63,402 nucleotides of DNA, filler included, from Choristocarpus tenellus KU-1152 (GCA_964200185.2; 12 parts of 12 records of this genome joined end to end with filler, not necessarily neighbours in it), one strand, 5' to 3'. Numbered from the whole stretch's first letter, positions 13,061-26,131 are shown. The notes: a model not told the origin generated them from the letters alone. A program made the numbers and translations.

Positions 13061-13589
13061 CACCTGTGTTTGAGCGCGATAGCCCCCGAGCTCCTGGTCG
13101 CTTATCCCGTGACCTCCGTGGTCATGTATGAAGAGGAGATGGTGTTTTTGAGTTGGTGGTAGGTGGGGTCTGGAGCTGTGGATAGTTTTGCAAACACCCG
13201 AGGCATGCTGTCCCTGATGCCGATGATCAGAGCCCCCTTCTTGGTGTGGTCCTTCTTGGCTGCCTCCAGCTGCACCACTGCCCTCCTGTGCCTCCAACCT
13301 ACCTTAGTCCTGCACCCCAGGGAGGCATCCTAACAATCTAGCAAGTCCCTCCTTTCCCATGTCCCTGGTGTCTCCAGCTTAAAACACATGATGCGTCTAG
13401 ATAGAGGTACTTGTGTTGTGACAAGCACTATCTGTCGTACACGGGATTTGACAGCCCCTTCCTGCTGTAACCTCTTGTCCCTCCCTCTCCCCCATACCGC
13501 ACGCGTCATGCAGAAAACTTTCTGCTTACTTACCAAGGCACCCAAAACTTCCCACAGTGAAAGATGTTGAGGTCATAACTACGAGGATC

Positions 13590-13750
13590 AAAAGAACCAT
13601 TGTAGTGGGTGCGCCTTCGTGCCTCAGCTGGGAGGCTGCTTACACTTCTGCAAATGTAAAATCTAGGAGGAGTCCTTCATATCGGTAGGGAACTGATCTG
13701 GCGTCTACAAGTGCCACAGCATGGAAGACCAGATCCATGCGGAAATTTCG
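13590..13750 (-). mobile_element. Non-LTR retrotransposon RLE-endonuclease remnant (CRE-like)
   Basis: Translation RMDLVFHAVALVDA...YEGLLLDFTFAE resembles the R-x-D...D-x-T motif of restriction-like endonuclease LINEs; interrupted. Confidence 0.5.
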
Positions 13751-13964
13751 TCCACTTTCTTATCAATCTGTACGTATTTGGAGAATCTTAAAAACAGTAT
13801 GGTGATGTAAAACTTACAGTGTGGGATGCTTGAACATATAAACAATATATCAAGGAAGTTGGTACAAATTGCTTGTACGGAGACAGTGACATAATAATTA
13901 CATAACTCAAATAGTAAATAGATTTTGGAAACATACCTTTCACATTAACGACAAGTGACTTTTA

Positions 13965-14396
13965 CAGGGGTCCTTATGATATTGAATTCACTTTTTCCCA
14001 CACACATCTGCAAAATGTCAGAGGGTATAATAATATAAGTTACATACATATAATATTATTATGCACCCATCAAGAAAGGAGGAAGGAGTAGTCGTGATAA
14101 TAGTAGGAAGTATGTTGTCCTCCAACATCTTGCAGAACATTGCTTTGTCCTGTGGGGGGGAATTAATATGAATGTCAGAGGGGCATAATAATATAATAAT
14201 ATGATGAGCATACGATTGTTACTTATTTGCGGATAACGATATGTCACAAAAGATGATTAAAAGAATGCAGTGGTACGATTTAAGGTGTAGCGGAATGGGG
14301 AGAGTAAATGATGTTGAAAATTATATATTATTATGCCCTCTAACATTTTGCAGATGTCTCAGGAAAAATGTCCAACCAATATCAGAAGGATCCCTG
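13965..14396. mobile_element. Tc1/mariner-type MITE with ~75-bp imperfect TIRs and TA TSD
   Basis: TA|CAGGGGTCCTTATGATATTG...CATCTGCAAAATGTCAGAGGGTATAATAATATA matches the reverse complement of 14322-14396|TA; an internal copy of the subterminal motif lies at ~14172. Confidence 0.8.
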
Positions 14397-15433
14397 TAAA
14401 AGCAGGTTATATATTACTACTGATTTTTTGTTTATTTCTTGTAACATAAGTGTGACCCTCTTCATTCCATACAACCTATACGGATTCAATTATGAGAAGA
14501 ACCACGGACAGATGTAGTGATTTTTTCCATGTCGTCCTCCATGTGGAGGATTTAGGATGAACAGTACAAGAGGAGGAGAGTCCACGCAAGGAAAGAAGTT
14601 GAGTTCAAGTACAGATTGAGAAGCACGTGATGTGTAATTGGTATGTGGCCACAGGTGTGTGTATCTGCGACACATTGTGGTACACACAATGCTTCTCTTG
14701 TGTGTGTATGTGGGTCTGTGTTAGTATAATTTTGGTGTGTGTTGCCCATGTTGCAATGGTGTACCCACATGTACACATTTTGTAGGTTGTTTCAGTCTGC
14801 ATTATTATGTGAGATCTTTGTAGGTTCATTGTGTGTGTCCTCAGCTTTTTGAGGCTTGGCTGTGTGTAGTAGTAGTGGCAAGGTTAGTATTTTCTCTTCA
14901 GAAATGTCAATGTGTAACATACAAACAAAGGAAACAACTCATGATCAGAGGTAGCCCAGTCATATGAGGAGACAAGGCTATCCTGGTTTGACATTTGATG
15001 TGACACAATACCAATTAATAGTGGAACCATACAAGAGAGCTTGTAGTATTCCCACTTCAACATCGCATGCATGTTGTTGTCTTCAAGCAGTACTGGAGTG
15101 GTATATTAATAATATCCTATGAAGTATATGAATAATATCCTATGACACGGTTATTGGAGAGTATGTCAAGAGCAATCCTTTCTCACTTCCTCCCAGTATT
15201 AGGGGAACCCATGACCATCAACATGACCATCAACAAGGCAGGGTGTTCTTGTCGACCATGACATCCGTATTCTCAATTTTTTATTTATCTCACTGTTAAA
15301 AATGCAGGGATGGGGCACATGACAATTTGATGTGTGGGAGAGAGAGTTGACAGCCCTGTATCTCTTCAGTTTGTTGTTCAAGTATTCCAAACCATACACT
15401 TCTACACCGCAGACATATCCCACATTCAATAAA

Positions 15434-15595
15434 GAGTCAAAGCGTTTAAGAGGGTATAAGTTTTGCCCTGTTTGTCCGTTTGGGGCTTGGCTTCCCACGT
15501 TTTTTTTAATGACATTTGAGTCAAAGCATCTTAGGGGTAGAGCCACGTCCATTTGGGGGCCAAATTCCAATGTTGCAATTTTGATGTAATTTTGG
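15434..15595. mobile_element. Nested MITE family B copies (reverse copy 15434-15517 interrupted by a forward copy from 15518)
   Basis: Two GAGTCAAAG termini, each followed by sequence from opposite ends of family B. Confidence 0.75.
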
Positions 15596-15695
15596 NNNNN
15601 NNNNNNNNNNNNNNNNNNNNNNNNNNNNNNNNNNNNNNNTTAATTAATTAANNNNNNNNNNNNNNNNNNNNNNNNNNNNNNNNNNNNNNNNNNNN

Positions 15696-15795
15696 CAATC
15701 AGTGACGAAGGGCATTTGCACTGGTTGGTCACCAAATGTGGGGATGGTTGGCAATCAGTGACGAAGGGCATTCGCACTTGTTGGTCATCAAATGG
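15696..15795. repeat. Two imperfect direct repeats, 56-bp period
   Basis: CAATCAGTGACGAAGGGCATT(T/C)GCACT(G/T)GTTGGTCA(C/T)CAAATG at 15696 and 15752. Confidence 0.85.
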
Positions 15796-15982
15796 GGAAT
15801 ACAGGATAGAGGATAGAGGAATAAGAAAATAGGAATGTGCAAAATAATAATAATAATCCAGAATTCGTGAGCAAAACAAAGCTCCATCCTCAATTTTTGA
15901 AATCGGCTGTTTTTTGTCAATACCCCTGTCTATATTATTACCATCATTATATTGAACATAGATTTTCTAACCGTTAGTTTAT

Positions 15983-18900
15983 CATGACTTCCCATGGAGA
16001 AGGGATTCCACCAGTCCATGGTAAGGGGCGAAGTGAGGCCCCCCTTGCTGAAGATCGTCTTTGACAGCTATTCTCCATTGTGGAGGACCTGTCTAAGACG
16101 ATCATGGAATTGAAACAAGACCGTGACCATAATTTTCGGACGGATAATAATAGAGTTATGGGTGGGGCCTCCGTCCAGGCCACGTTGCCTAGCACGCGGC
16201 TTCCGCTTGGCTACGAACCAGCCGAGGTCAAACCTGTGAAACCCACTGTGGGTGAAGCTTCCCGAGATTGCGGCAACAGTCCTTACGGATTTAGCGTCAG
16301 TAATAGAGTGAAGCCAGAGGTCAAATTCTTTGGGAAGTTCAGGGTTTGACCGAAATATTGCTCGCTACAACCGATGGCATAGATCAGAGGCTCAGCCACC
16401 CAAACTATTGGAGGACTCCAACTACCAGGATTGGAGGAGGTGGTTTGTGGTACACTGTAGGTACATTAACTGCCTGGCTGCGCTGACTGCCTCAAGACCA
16501 ATTAACCAGGAGCGCTCCCATGAGGAACTTCTCGCTGATGGATTCAGCGAAAAGGATATTTGGATGGCTGAGGAAGCGTATTATGCACTCACCGTTGCTC
16601 TTGTTGCGCCTTCCACAGGTAGTTTGTTCTTCTTACACCAGAGCCCTAGTGAGCTTTTTGCAGCTGTGGATGACTGGTTCATGCCAACCACGGTGGGTAG
16701 AGAAGAGGGTAAACCCACTTCACACTCTGACACAACTCGAGCTCCTACGGAGCAGGATGATGGCAATGGACCTTGTCATATGCGACCAATTGCTACTTCA
16801 TCAGTTTCTGAGTGCGCTGGGACCTGACTACGACACAGAGGTAGACTTGATGGCTTCCCAGAGGACATTATCTCGAGCGGATGTAAAAAGGGCGATTAAT
16901 GAAAAGTATGCCTCGATACAGTCAAGGAATGTATCAAAACCCAAGAACAGTCACGCCCTAGTCCCTGGAAATTCAACCTACTCCAAGGGTCAGTCTCAAC
17001 GTATCGATCAAGACTGTGGAGGGAGAGGGAAGTTCCGAGGAGGAAAGAAAAATAATAGTTCTGATTCCAACACCAAACGTTCGGAGAGGATTCATCGTGA
17101 CAGGTGTGGCAAGAGTGGACACAACCAGGTGGGTTCCCCAAGGTATACTTGCACTAAGTGTGGTGGGTGTGCTCATAGTGCAGCCATAGGTACTTCGACC
17201 TTAATGACCACGGTAGTAAATGGGGCAGAAAAGGATTCGACCAAGGATGAAACTTCCCAGAATACTGTGGGAAGTGTGCTCAGCAGTGGCAACCACGAGT
17301 TATTCGCACTACTGACTGCAACAGAGGACTCTACGAGCAGGAATGCTCCAGGCAAGTGTGGGGTCGATAAGTGTCTGGTGTCAAGTGTTGGGGGTGATGT
17401 ATTGAGAGAAGAGTGGATATTCGGGAGTGTGGCCTCGTGTCACATGACCAACATGAGGAAGTTCATTGCTAACTACAAGGCTTGTCTAGAGGATCAAAAG
17501 ATAGTGACGGCTAGTCAGGACCCCTTTAGTATTGCGGGTCATGGTGATCTGACAATAATGTTTCCTTCGAGGGATGACTTGCTCATCTACAAATTGACCA
17601 CGGTTAAATCTGGTTGTAAAACACCATATGAGATGTGTGGTTTCTCAGCACCCCTGCTGTCCTACCTACGTTTTCATCCTGTTTTTTTGGAGCCTCCGTT
17701 TTCCTAAAGGTTCAACGGTGCCTTTACATAGGGCACACTTGCCTCAGGCAGTTGCTGTTCCAACAGCTGGCATGCCCCAGCTTGCATGGAGTCTGTGCTG
17801 ATGTATGGCCCCCGTCATGGTCACCTCGTTTCCAAAGTTGAGATCAGCTGAACAGTCTTATGCTGAATGCTGAGGCTTGAAAGTCTAAATACTGGTCGGT
17901 ATAGGAAGAGGCTATGTCTAAGAAGTTGGATGGTTTGTATACAGGTACCTTTAGTGGTGCAGATTTACCCTTTGGGTTTAAGCCTATTCATTCCAAGGCG
18001 GTGTTCAAGTAGAAAAGTGAATGTTTCAGGATGCTCAAAGGAGCTAAGGTGAGGCTATTTGCTCAGGGTTTTGCCCAGGATTATGGCCCGTGAGTTTGAC
18101 CTGAGAAAGGGGCACCTAGATGTAGAGCGGGCCTTTGTTCAATCCGACCTGTATGAGAAAGAATATATTCGCCTCTAAGAGGGATGCAGAGAGCTCTCCT
18201 ATATGACCGTGCGCCTCTACATGTCCCTCTATGGTTTATAGCAAGCCTCTAGGACTTGAAAGGCCAAGCTGGCTTCCACCCTTAAAGCGTAATGGTTTGG
18301 GGCGGTGTGTGATTTACCCTTGTATCTTTAGACTCAGGAGGGATACTGTCAAAACTTACTTGCAGTTCATGTAGATGACATGATGATTTTGACTTCTGGT
18401 GATGATTGTAATGAACTTTGTGCCTCCCTGAATGTAGAGTTTCCCACCAAGAACCTTAGCTTGTTGTCTCACGTTTCTAGCTGCACTTACACGAGAGAGT
18501 GGAAGTATGGTAACATCTCCATCACCAAGAATAACTACATAAAACATTTTCCACCCAATAAACAAGTCCTATCCCCACTGCCCTTTCCAGAAAGCTGGGA
18601 ATGAGGAAGGGAGATGATGTGTCGGAAGGTTGCCCTTTTCGAGAGATGGTTGGGGGGTTTAATTGTGTCAGCAATATGACCAGAACAGATTCGGCCAATG
18701 GTGTTAGTGCCGTAGCCTGTCATTCACATGCTCTGAGCCATGCCATTGGAGAGCTGACCCAGATCCTGAAATACCTTGAAGGAGCACAGGAGTTGGCCAG
18801 ACCTACCAGAAAGGAGCAGGACTGATCAGAGTGTAATATGCTGATGTGGACTTCGCAATCCTGACTTTTGAGAGATGTTCTGCATCAGGGGGGAGCAGAA

Positions 18901-19650
18901 GACTGCTTTTCTAGGACCAAGTGTGTCATTACACAGTACCCACTGTAGCAGAGTAAGTAACCATGAGAGATAGTGTGAAGGAGTTGTTGTTTTTGAGGAC
19001 TGCCTTGAAGTTATACCTGACATTTCTGACGCTTTTACTACATAGGGCATGAGGACAATACAGGGGCCATTCATTTGGCTAACAGCTCCCTGAATTCAGG
19101 CAGGACCAAGCACACAGACATATGGCACAACGTTCTGCAGGACTTGGTAACAAATGATCGTGTAAAGATGATCCATGTACATTCGCATCAGCAGCTTGCA
19201 GATGTGCTGGATGTGCTGACCAAGCCCCTCGCAGTGGATTGTTTTTTGGAGGCATGCAGAGTCTTTGCTGAACTTGGAGGGGCTATGTGTAGAATTAGTT
19301 TTTTAAGTTTCTTTGGATTTCTTTCTTAAATGAGTTAAGTACCTGTTTGTGCTATTCTCATGTGGGATTGACCCTGATAGATTTTATAGGATGCATAACT
19401 GGACCTTGTAATTGCTCAAGAGTTGTATGAGCTCAGAGGGTGTTTGATTAGACGCTTCCAACTCTACATGAGAATTCTGGTAAATTGTGATTTATGCAGT
19501 CGGAGTACAACTGTTAGTGATTGGTATGTTCAGAATCCTTCCGGTATATAAAGGTCTTTCTGGTTTAAGGAGGTACTGCATCCCTGCCCAACTTAATTCA
19601 ATCATCCTACAATAATTGGCTACACCTCTGTGTTGATCACTACTATCATC
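15983..19650 (+). mobile_element. Degenerate Ty1/copia retrotransposon (gag, zinc knuckles, protease, RT, RNase H; integrase core deleted; probable 3' LTR from 19441)
   Basis: Gag NYQDWRRWF; knuckles CGKSGH and CTKCGGCAH; protease WIFGSVASCHMT; RT remnants HLDVERAFVQSDL, SLYGL, VHVDDM, PFREMVG; RNase H RTKHTDIWHN...QQLAD...LTKPL; purine tract then TG at 19441. Many stops and frameshifts. Confidence 0.9.
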
Positions 19651-20743
19651 ACATGAGGTGGGGGATACTTTAACAGGTAAAAGGTAGAACAAGAATTGAC
19701 CGAGTCATAAAGTCACATAAGAGAGGCCAGTTTGTAGACCAATGGCACAGGGATAGAACATCGATCAAACAAGATGTAGAAGGAAGTGTAGCGCCTCTCC
19801 CGTGAATCTCCTGCTCACTCTGACCATGCCACATGCGGAAACAAGTTGCTGTCTCATCCCTGCCGTCACATCGCCCCTGCACTTCATTGGGTGGAAACGT
19901 TGGTGTGGACACTGCCTTGATCGAATTTGTGACACCTCAAGATGGGGAGAATGAGATAAAAAGGCTGTGCTTTGATTGTCACACTCTTGGGCGGGAGATG
20001 AATGATAGGGCCACTGTTGGTGATGAGATTGTACTGTGTCAAGGACTTCTCCTCCAACCGAAACCAGCCTTCTAGTTGCTGACAAGTGGCAACTATCCAG
20101 CACAGAGTCAGCTACGAGGGAAATTCCAGTAAACAAGGTTGGGAGCATTGTCTTGTCCAGCGCAGCAATGAGAAAGGGGAAGCATAAGGACACACATCAG
20201 GTTGTACTGATCAGGAACAATTGTCTTAATACCAGAACGCAAAATACTGGACGGCACAAGATAGACCAAGTTAGTAGAGCGCCGAGCAATACAGTATTGG
20301 CGTGAGGGTCATTGTGCGAATTAGAGCCTCCAAGGTAAGAGCATCAGAAAGTAGCTCCTTGCAAGTGAAGAAAAAGTGTGATGAGAAGGCAGTGAGGAAA
20401 CCACGGTACCCAGGTACGTTTCTACACCTACTATTCGTGCGTGTGCTGGCACTACTACACTGCTACATGCAGTGTGCTATGCAACTCCTATCCAACTGAG
20501 GAGGATGTGACTGAGCCCTTGTCACAGGACCGGAGGGATGAGTTACTGGGGACAGCATTTGTTACAAGCACTACTAGTAAGGCTGATGAGGAAGGGTATG
20601 AATTGTCAGAAGACGAGACCAAGACACAGGGTGGTGGTAGCGGGGGTGGAGGGGCAAGTGACCCCTTTGTTGAAGTGCTACCACATTTTCTTGATCTCAG
20701 TGCTAAGGCTCAAGAGAGAGAGAGAGAGTTGGCTAGAATAGAA

Positions 20744-20934
20744 GAGTCAATGTATCTTAGAGGGTAGAGCGGCGTCCGTTTGGGGGCCAAAATTCAATGT
20801 TGCGATTTTGATGCAATTCTTCGCTATCGTATTTGTTAGAGGGTCAAAGTATCTGGGGGGGGATATCGGCGTCCGTTTTTCACCTTTTTTTCGATTTTCA
20901 CTTTTTTGGTGTTATTTGGTCGAAATTGGACGGT
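20744..20934. mobile_element. MITE family B left part (20744-20840) interrupted by MITE family C (20841-20934)
   Basis: GAGTCAATGTATCTTAGAGGGTAG, then GGGTCAAAGTATCTGGGGGGG...CGGCGTCCGTTTTTCAC as at 63334. Confidence 0.8.
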
Positions 20935-21329
20935 NNNNNNNNNNNNNNNNNNNNNNNNNNNNNNNNNNNNNNNNNNNNTTAATTAATTAANNNNNNNNNN
21001 NNNNNNNNNNNNNNNNNNNNNNNNNNNNNNNNNNCCCCCTCTCCCTGGCGCACGAGCACGGGCGGCTTGGGGTACACGGGGAGATGAAAGATGAGGGGAT
21101 GTGCCACACAAACCACCGCAACTCAAATTACAGAGGACACGAAAAAGAGTATTAGAACAGAAATGCCCGGGTAGGGTAGGGTAGGGGGGCAGGGCAGGCC
21201 ATTGAACATAGGTATCGAGAGTAAAAGAGGTAAATATCTTGAAGCACAAATTGAACGTGGAAGCAAACTAAGACAAAAAAAAAAAATAGGAACCGTTTCC
21301 TCTGTGCTCAAGGGGGGAGTTGCCCCCAC

Positions 21330-24300
21330 CTCATTGAGCAGAACCAGCCCACCATCATTGATCTTGGCCATGAAATAGCCCTTGGCCTTCTTCATGCAAC
21401 GCTTCGAAAGTGGGGCAGCTGGAGCAAGGGCCACTACTGCTGCCTGCAGGACATTTGGTGCGTAATACAGACCAGTGCAGTGCATTCAAAGGGAGGGAGC
21501 AAAACAAACAGGAGAGAGACGGCACTCCAAAGGATAAGACTTGAGTGACTGTGAATATACTCTGGAGTACAGCTGTAGAATTTAAAGTCCGCCAAGCCCT
21601 GATCACGTCAAAAATGATAAAAGACCCACCGATATCGCACGCTATCTCCACACTGCCAAACAGAGTCCTCACCTTGTGACGTTTGCGCAGCTTCTGGAAT
21701 ATACCTTTCTTGTAGATGCTCTCATCTATCAATGAGACGAAATATCTACGTCGAGAGTCCTCTTGTATTACGCTCCTGTTTCCCCCTCCCCCTCCCACTC
21801 CCCTCCCCCCTGGCCAAACCCATGCTGCTTTCTCTCCCGACGTCCTTCCCCTCAAATTCAATTCCACATCCACGTAATCCCGGTAGACATGACTGTGCAG
21901 CTGCTTGTCCATCATTGTCTCAGTACGGCTTCGGAGATCTATCTGTGCCCCGATGCATAGGCATGGGGGCATCAAGTAAAGACAGGTAGGGGGGGGGGGA
22001 ACAGTAGAGAGGTTTGTTGTACGAAAATAATTAATATTTGCTCCCTGCTGCAGATAATTGACTATTGAACCACACACTGATGAAATTATTGTCATTATCC
22101 TGTCTTTTTCCAAAGTTACCACATACTGCACCCTGGTCCTTCCAATATTACGTACTTTAAAACACCTCTAGAAGTTTTTCAAGAAATGCTAATGCTACCG
22201 CTCGCTCCACTGGTTACACTCAGAGAGGGACAGGGCAAGAACACACCAGGAACTTCTATAATAGTTTGGCTTTTGGTTGTTCAACACACGTAACATCCCA
22301 CTCTAAAGTGGATAGCCAAGGAGGAATGGGAGAGACTTTAGTGAGTATATTCTGTGCTATAAACATTGTACATAATAACTCAAAATCATACAAAGTCTAG
22401 CTCCAGGTTACCTGTGCTATTGCAAAAGCAGAAAAATGGGACAAACAAGGCAGTGATGCAAAACCCCTTTCAACCTCACATCAGGAGCAATAAGATCAAG
22501 AGATTAGGTAGGCAAGAGCAGAGTCTGCTCATATAGAGATTGGTGTTCAGGTGGCAAGTAGAGACAAATTTCGTCAGTCCATGGCCATGACATTCGCATC
22601 CTCCACTGTTTCCCACTTCGAAGTGGCAATCATTGACTTAACCTTTTCTCAACAGTAATGTATGACTTGAACCACAAACATGGCGTACAGGCACTCAGGT
22701 ATAGCGGAATGGCGATTTTGTCCCAAATTCTGTAGCTTGGAAGCAATGTTGTGTACACATAAACCAGGTATGAACCCTGGCAACACAGAACAAAGATATA
22801 TAAACGCATGATACTTCAGAGGACAAATCACCCCTGACACTCCACCCCCCATGAATGCATCTCCCAAACATTTGATGGTTACAGGATGTGCTGCGTTTTG
22901 GCTCCACAAAGGACACAGCAAGAACAACTCTCAGCACGATAGCTCCCTAATGCTACCATTCTGTAGAGTGACATGGATGTAGTTTCTGTCAAAACAAGTA
23001 GATATTCAAGCAGTTCAAGGCCCATATTTTTATGGCGTGGAGGACTGCAAGAAGTACATTATCAAGGTGTACGTAAGAGGCTGCTGATTCTCATACACTA
23101 AATGACCCATCAACAAGTGCTTGAACCTACATAGTCCTGAATTCGTATTGACAAGAAACCACTAAACTAGGGTGGAAGGAGCATGCAAGGGGGTCGACTG
23201 TGTTGGCAAAAGTGCACAGAAGGTGGTAATATGTAAACAACACCACTGTAATGAAAGTAACCATGCTAGCAACAAACATCAACTTTCGTGGTGATTTCAA
23301 TACACAAGAGCGGCCAACGAGCAAGCTCAAGTGTTTGATTGAGATAAGCAGGTCATCGTACGGCAGATACATCACCACAATATCCCATCGAGTTAGCAAG
23401 GAAGATACACCCCAGTCCAATAAAATAAAATAAAAAGTCTTACAACTTGCCGTCAACATTTTCTTGGTCAAGAAATCAAGCGAAACATTTCACCAAGGAG
23501 TTGCAGATCCAACATGCAATCAATCAATACACCAGTAGAAGTTGTCAAACATTAAGGTATCACTTTTCCACTGAGGCAGATAGTTGTGAAACTATGAACC
23601 CTGGTGGAACAGTGGCATCTCAACGATTGACAAAAGTCAGAGGTTATGAAACGAAATTACAGCTGGACCACCTCCCCAACTCCCCGAGGATAAATACATA
23701 CATGCATGGTCCTCGAATGGAGAAAGAGGAAATGCAATAATTAAGATTACTGCTCAGTGAGAGTGCACGGTAACTGGTGTGATGGCCCACTGCTTATGCT
23801 GAGTAGGTTCCCAGCCTCTGATTTTGTCAAATAATTCGAGTCCTTTGCAAACCCAATTGTAAACAGTTAACAAAAAAGGAGCATTGAAACAATAGTCATA
23901 TACATCATTTGCAAAAACCAGAGCCTGGGAACCCACCCAGCATAATCCACGGTTCATCACTTCACTAATCGTGCACTTCCCCGAGCAGTCATTTCACTCA
24001 TCCAGTTTCCCCTTTTGCCCGTTGGACAATCGTGCGACTGTCAGCCCCAGTGGAACAGTGGCATTTCAATATTTGACAAAAATCAGAGCCTGGCATCCTA
24101 TCGAGCGTAATCCGTGAGCCATTACCCCACTAATCGTGCACTCTCTCCCAAGCTTTCATCTCAATCCTTGTTTTTCCCCTTGAGCCCGTTCCTGAACCAC
24201 TCCCTTACTCCATCTTCATCCTCCCTCTGCAAGGAGTCAGGAAAGCGTTGCAGTCGGTATTCGATCCCACAACCTCTTATGTTTGTCAAACATTGAGACA

Positions 24301-24920
24301 CCTCTGTACCAATAGAAACTGTCTATTCTGGTGGTACAATGGTGTCTCAATGTTTAACAGCAGTAAGGAGGTGTGTAACACCACCCTCTCTGAATCTCTC
24401 GGGAGAACCACGCCACTACACAACTCCTCTATCTCCTCACCAGTGTTCGGATATACATCTCTTCTTTCAGTCTTGTGATGTCCGCCTCCGTGGCCTGTGA
24501 GAGATTTCCAGTGCGAAACACTCGTCCAGCATGTATACCTGACCCTGTCACCGAGCTGAGATCCCTTATATTCTTCACCCCGTCAAGGGTGAGCTTCCCA
24601 GCCCTCAACCCTACATCGTTTTCGGTGCCAGTCATCCCACCCATCTTCGCTCTTTCTAGAGTCATTGCAGGGAGATCTTCCCTCTGTTTCCGGGCTCTCC
24701 ACTCTCTCGAAAACGTTTCACCGCCGAATTTATTGGTTCGCCAAAAGTTGGTTCTAAGATGCCCAGAAGGGTAGCAGACGTGAACAAGGGCGTCTGTCGG
24801 CTTTACGAGGGCAAAGGCAGCAAGGGCGTAAGCAGCGGCCAAGCCTCTCTTGCACCGCTTCGTTTTCGCGTCAACCGGCGTTACAAAGCTCCGACATTTC
24901 TGATTTGAGCCACAGCACAT
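21330..24920 (-). CDS. Protein tyrosine/serine phosphatase (Y_phosphatase3 / IphP-like), 5' part; exons 24920-24441, 21942-21673, 21443-21330
   Basis: LDGVKNIRDLS...GRVFRTGNLSQATEADITRL...IRTL|IDLRS joins across a phase-0 GT-AG intron to give the family N-terminal signature; all three exon lengths are multiples of 3. The catalytic HCxxGxDR motif is not in the contig. Confidence 0.85.
23589..24200. repeat. Intronic cluster of related direct and inverted repeat fragments
   Basis: GTGGAACAGTGGCAT(C/T)TCAA...TTGACAAAA.TCAGAG at ~23605 and ~24049; CACTAATCGTGCACT at ~23963 and ~24128; inverted piece at ~23800-23833. Confidence 0.7.
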
Positions 24921-25599
24921 TTCCTTCCTGCTTGATCTGTTTGTTGGACAACCGGATTGAGGGACCTTTGATAAGTGGTATGGCAGAGGGAGGGAGAGTG
25001 GATAATCTATGTAGCATGACACTAACTGTTCAAAATATATCCTACTAATGGCCACCAAGGGCTATTACGAGACGCGTGTGGTCCCATTGGTTACGGTCAG
25101 GCATGGGTAAGAGAGAATTGGGTCTATGGGACGTTTTCCTCGATTGCTGAACTCGCAATTGAACGGAGCCAGTACTTCCTCGCTCCCAACAGCAAATCTG
25201 CTATATACACGGATCTTATCCCAACACACATATTACAGAAGTCTCTTCTCCTTTCACTCCAACCAGTCAGTAGTTGATAAGCGGAAATGTCAAAATATTG
25301 AATCCTCCTAGCCAAAAAGAAGATTCGACTGACGTCAAAGCAAGCTGAAGTAGCTTTCACAAGCTATCTTAAACTCCCAATCCATCACTGTATTTAATAT
25401 TTCGACAATCTATCTATCAGTCGATCTCACCCCTCCATATTGCCAGACGGCACTAGGAACAGAGTGGTAGAGTGGACGTTCTGGACGATTTGAATCCCTC
25501 AAAACCCACCACGTTGATCATATTCCGCATCCTCCCCAAGTGTTTTGAACGCCTAAAGAAGAATGGAAATAGATTAATAGAAAAAACATAATTTTCAGC

Positions 25600-25673
25600 G
25601 CTCGAGTGGCCCAGTGGTTAAGGCGCCTCTCTTGTAAAGAGGAGATTCGTGAGTTCAAATCTCGCCTCGAGCT
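25600..25673 (+). tRNA. tRNA-Thr(UGU)
   Basis: Acceptor stem GCTCGAG/CTCGAGC, D-arm GCCCAGTGGTTAAGGC, anticodon stem CCTCT/AGAGG with loop CTTGTAA (TGT at 25633-25635), T-loop GTTCAAATC. Confidence 0.93.
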
Positions 25674-25989
25674 TTAGTATTTCAGACTCATGTTACCCTC
25701 CAATTTTCGGGTTAATTCCAGGTTCCACCCACATAAATCTGAGAATATCTCTTTTGGAGATGTTGTGATGGAGTGAATGAGAAGAAACGCATGTGACGTT
25801 AGAAATGTAATACGGTAACAATAGTATTTCTTACACGAAAGTTCTTCGGATAGCAGGAGGTTTGCCTAGGATCATGACGGTTGTGAAAGTGCTCACTCTA
25901 TTGGGTCTGAGTGAGTCGGCATCAAAGACAGACCATTGTCTTTGCCCTCCTAATCAGCCAGAAGATTCCATGCAGATCCAGACCTAGAC

Positions 25990-26130
25990 TAGACCTACAA
26001 CCAGGGCGAAATGCTTCTTTACCTCGGGGGAACCATCAGTGACGATGCTGCTACTACTATGAAGATTAGCCAGAGGATTCAGAAAAGTATGGAGTTGTTC
26101 TTGCAAATACACCAAGAGCTTTTGTGACAG
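25990..26130 (+). mobile_element. LINE (RTE-like) reverse transcriptase C-terminal remnant
   Basis: FFYLGGTISDDAATTMKISQRIQK resembles the FxYLG...EIxxRI motif of LINE RTs. Confidence 0.6.
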
Positions 26131-26131
26131 A

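Noticed and set aside
15696-15795. Possible CRISPR-like repeat-spacer pattern (also 46450-46710)
   Set aside because: Only 2-3 imperfect copies, no regular unique spacers, no cas genes, and a eukaryotic context.
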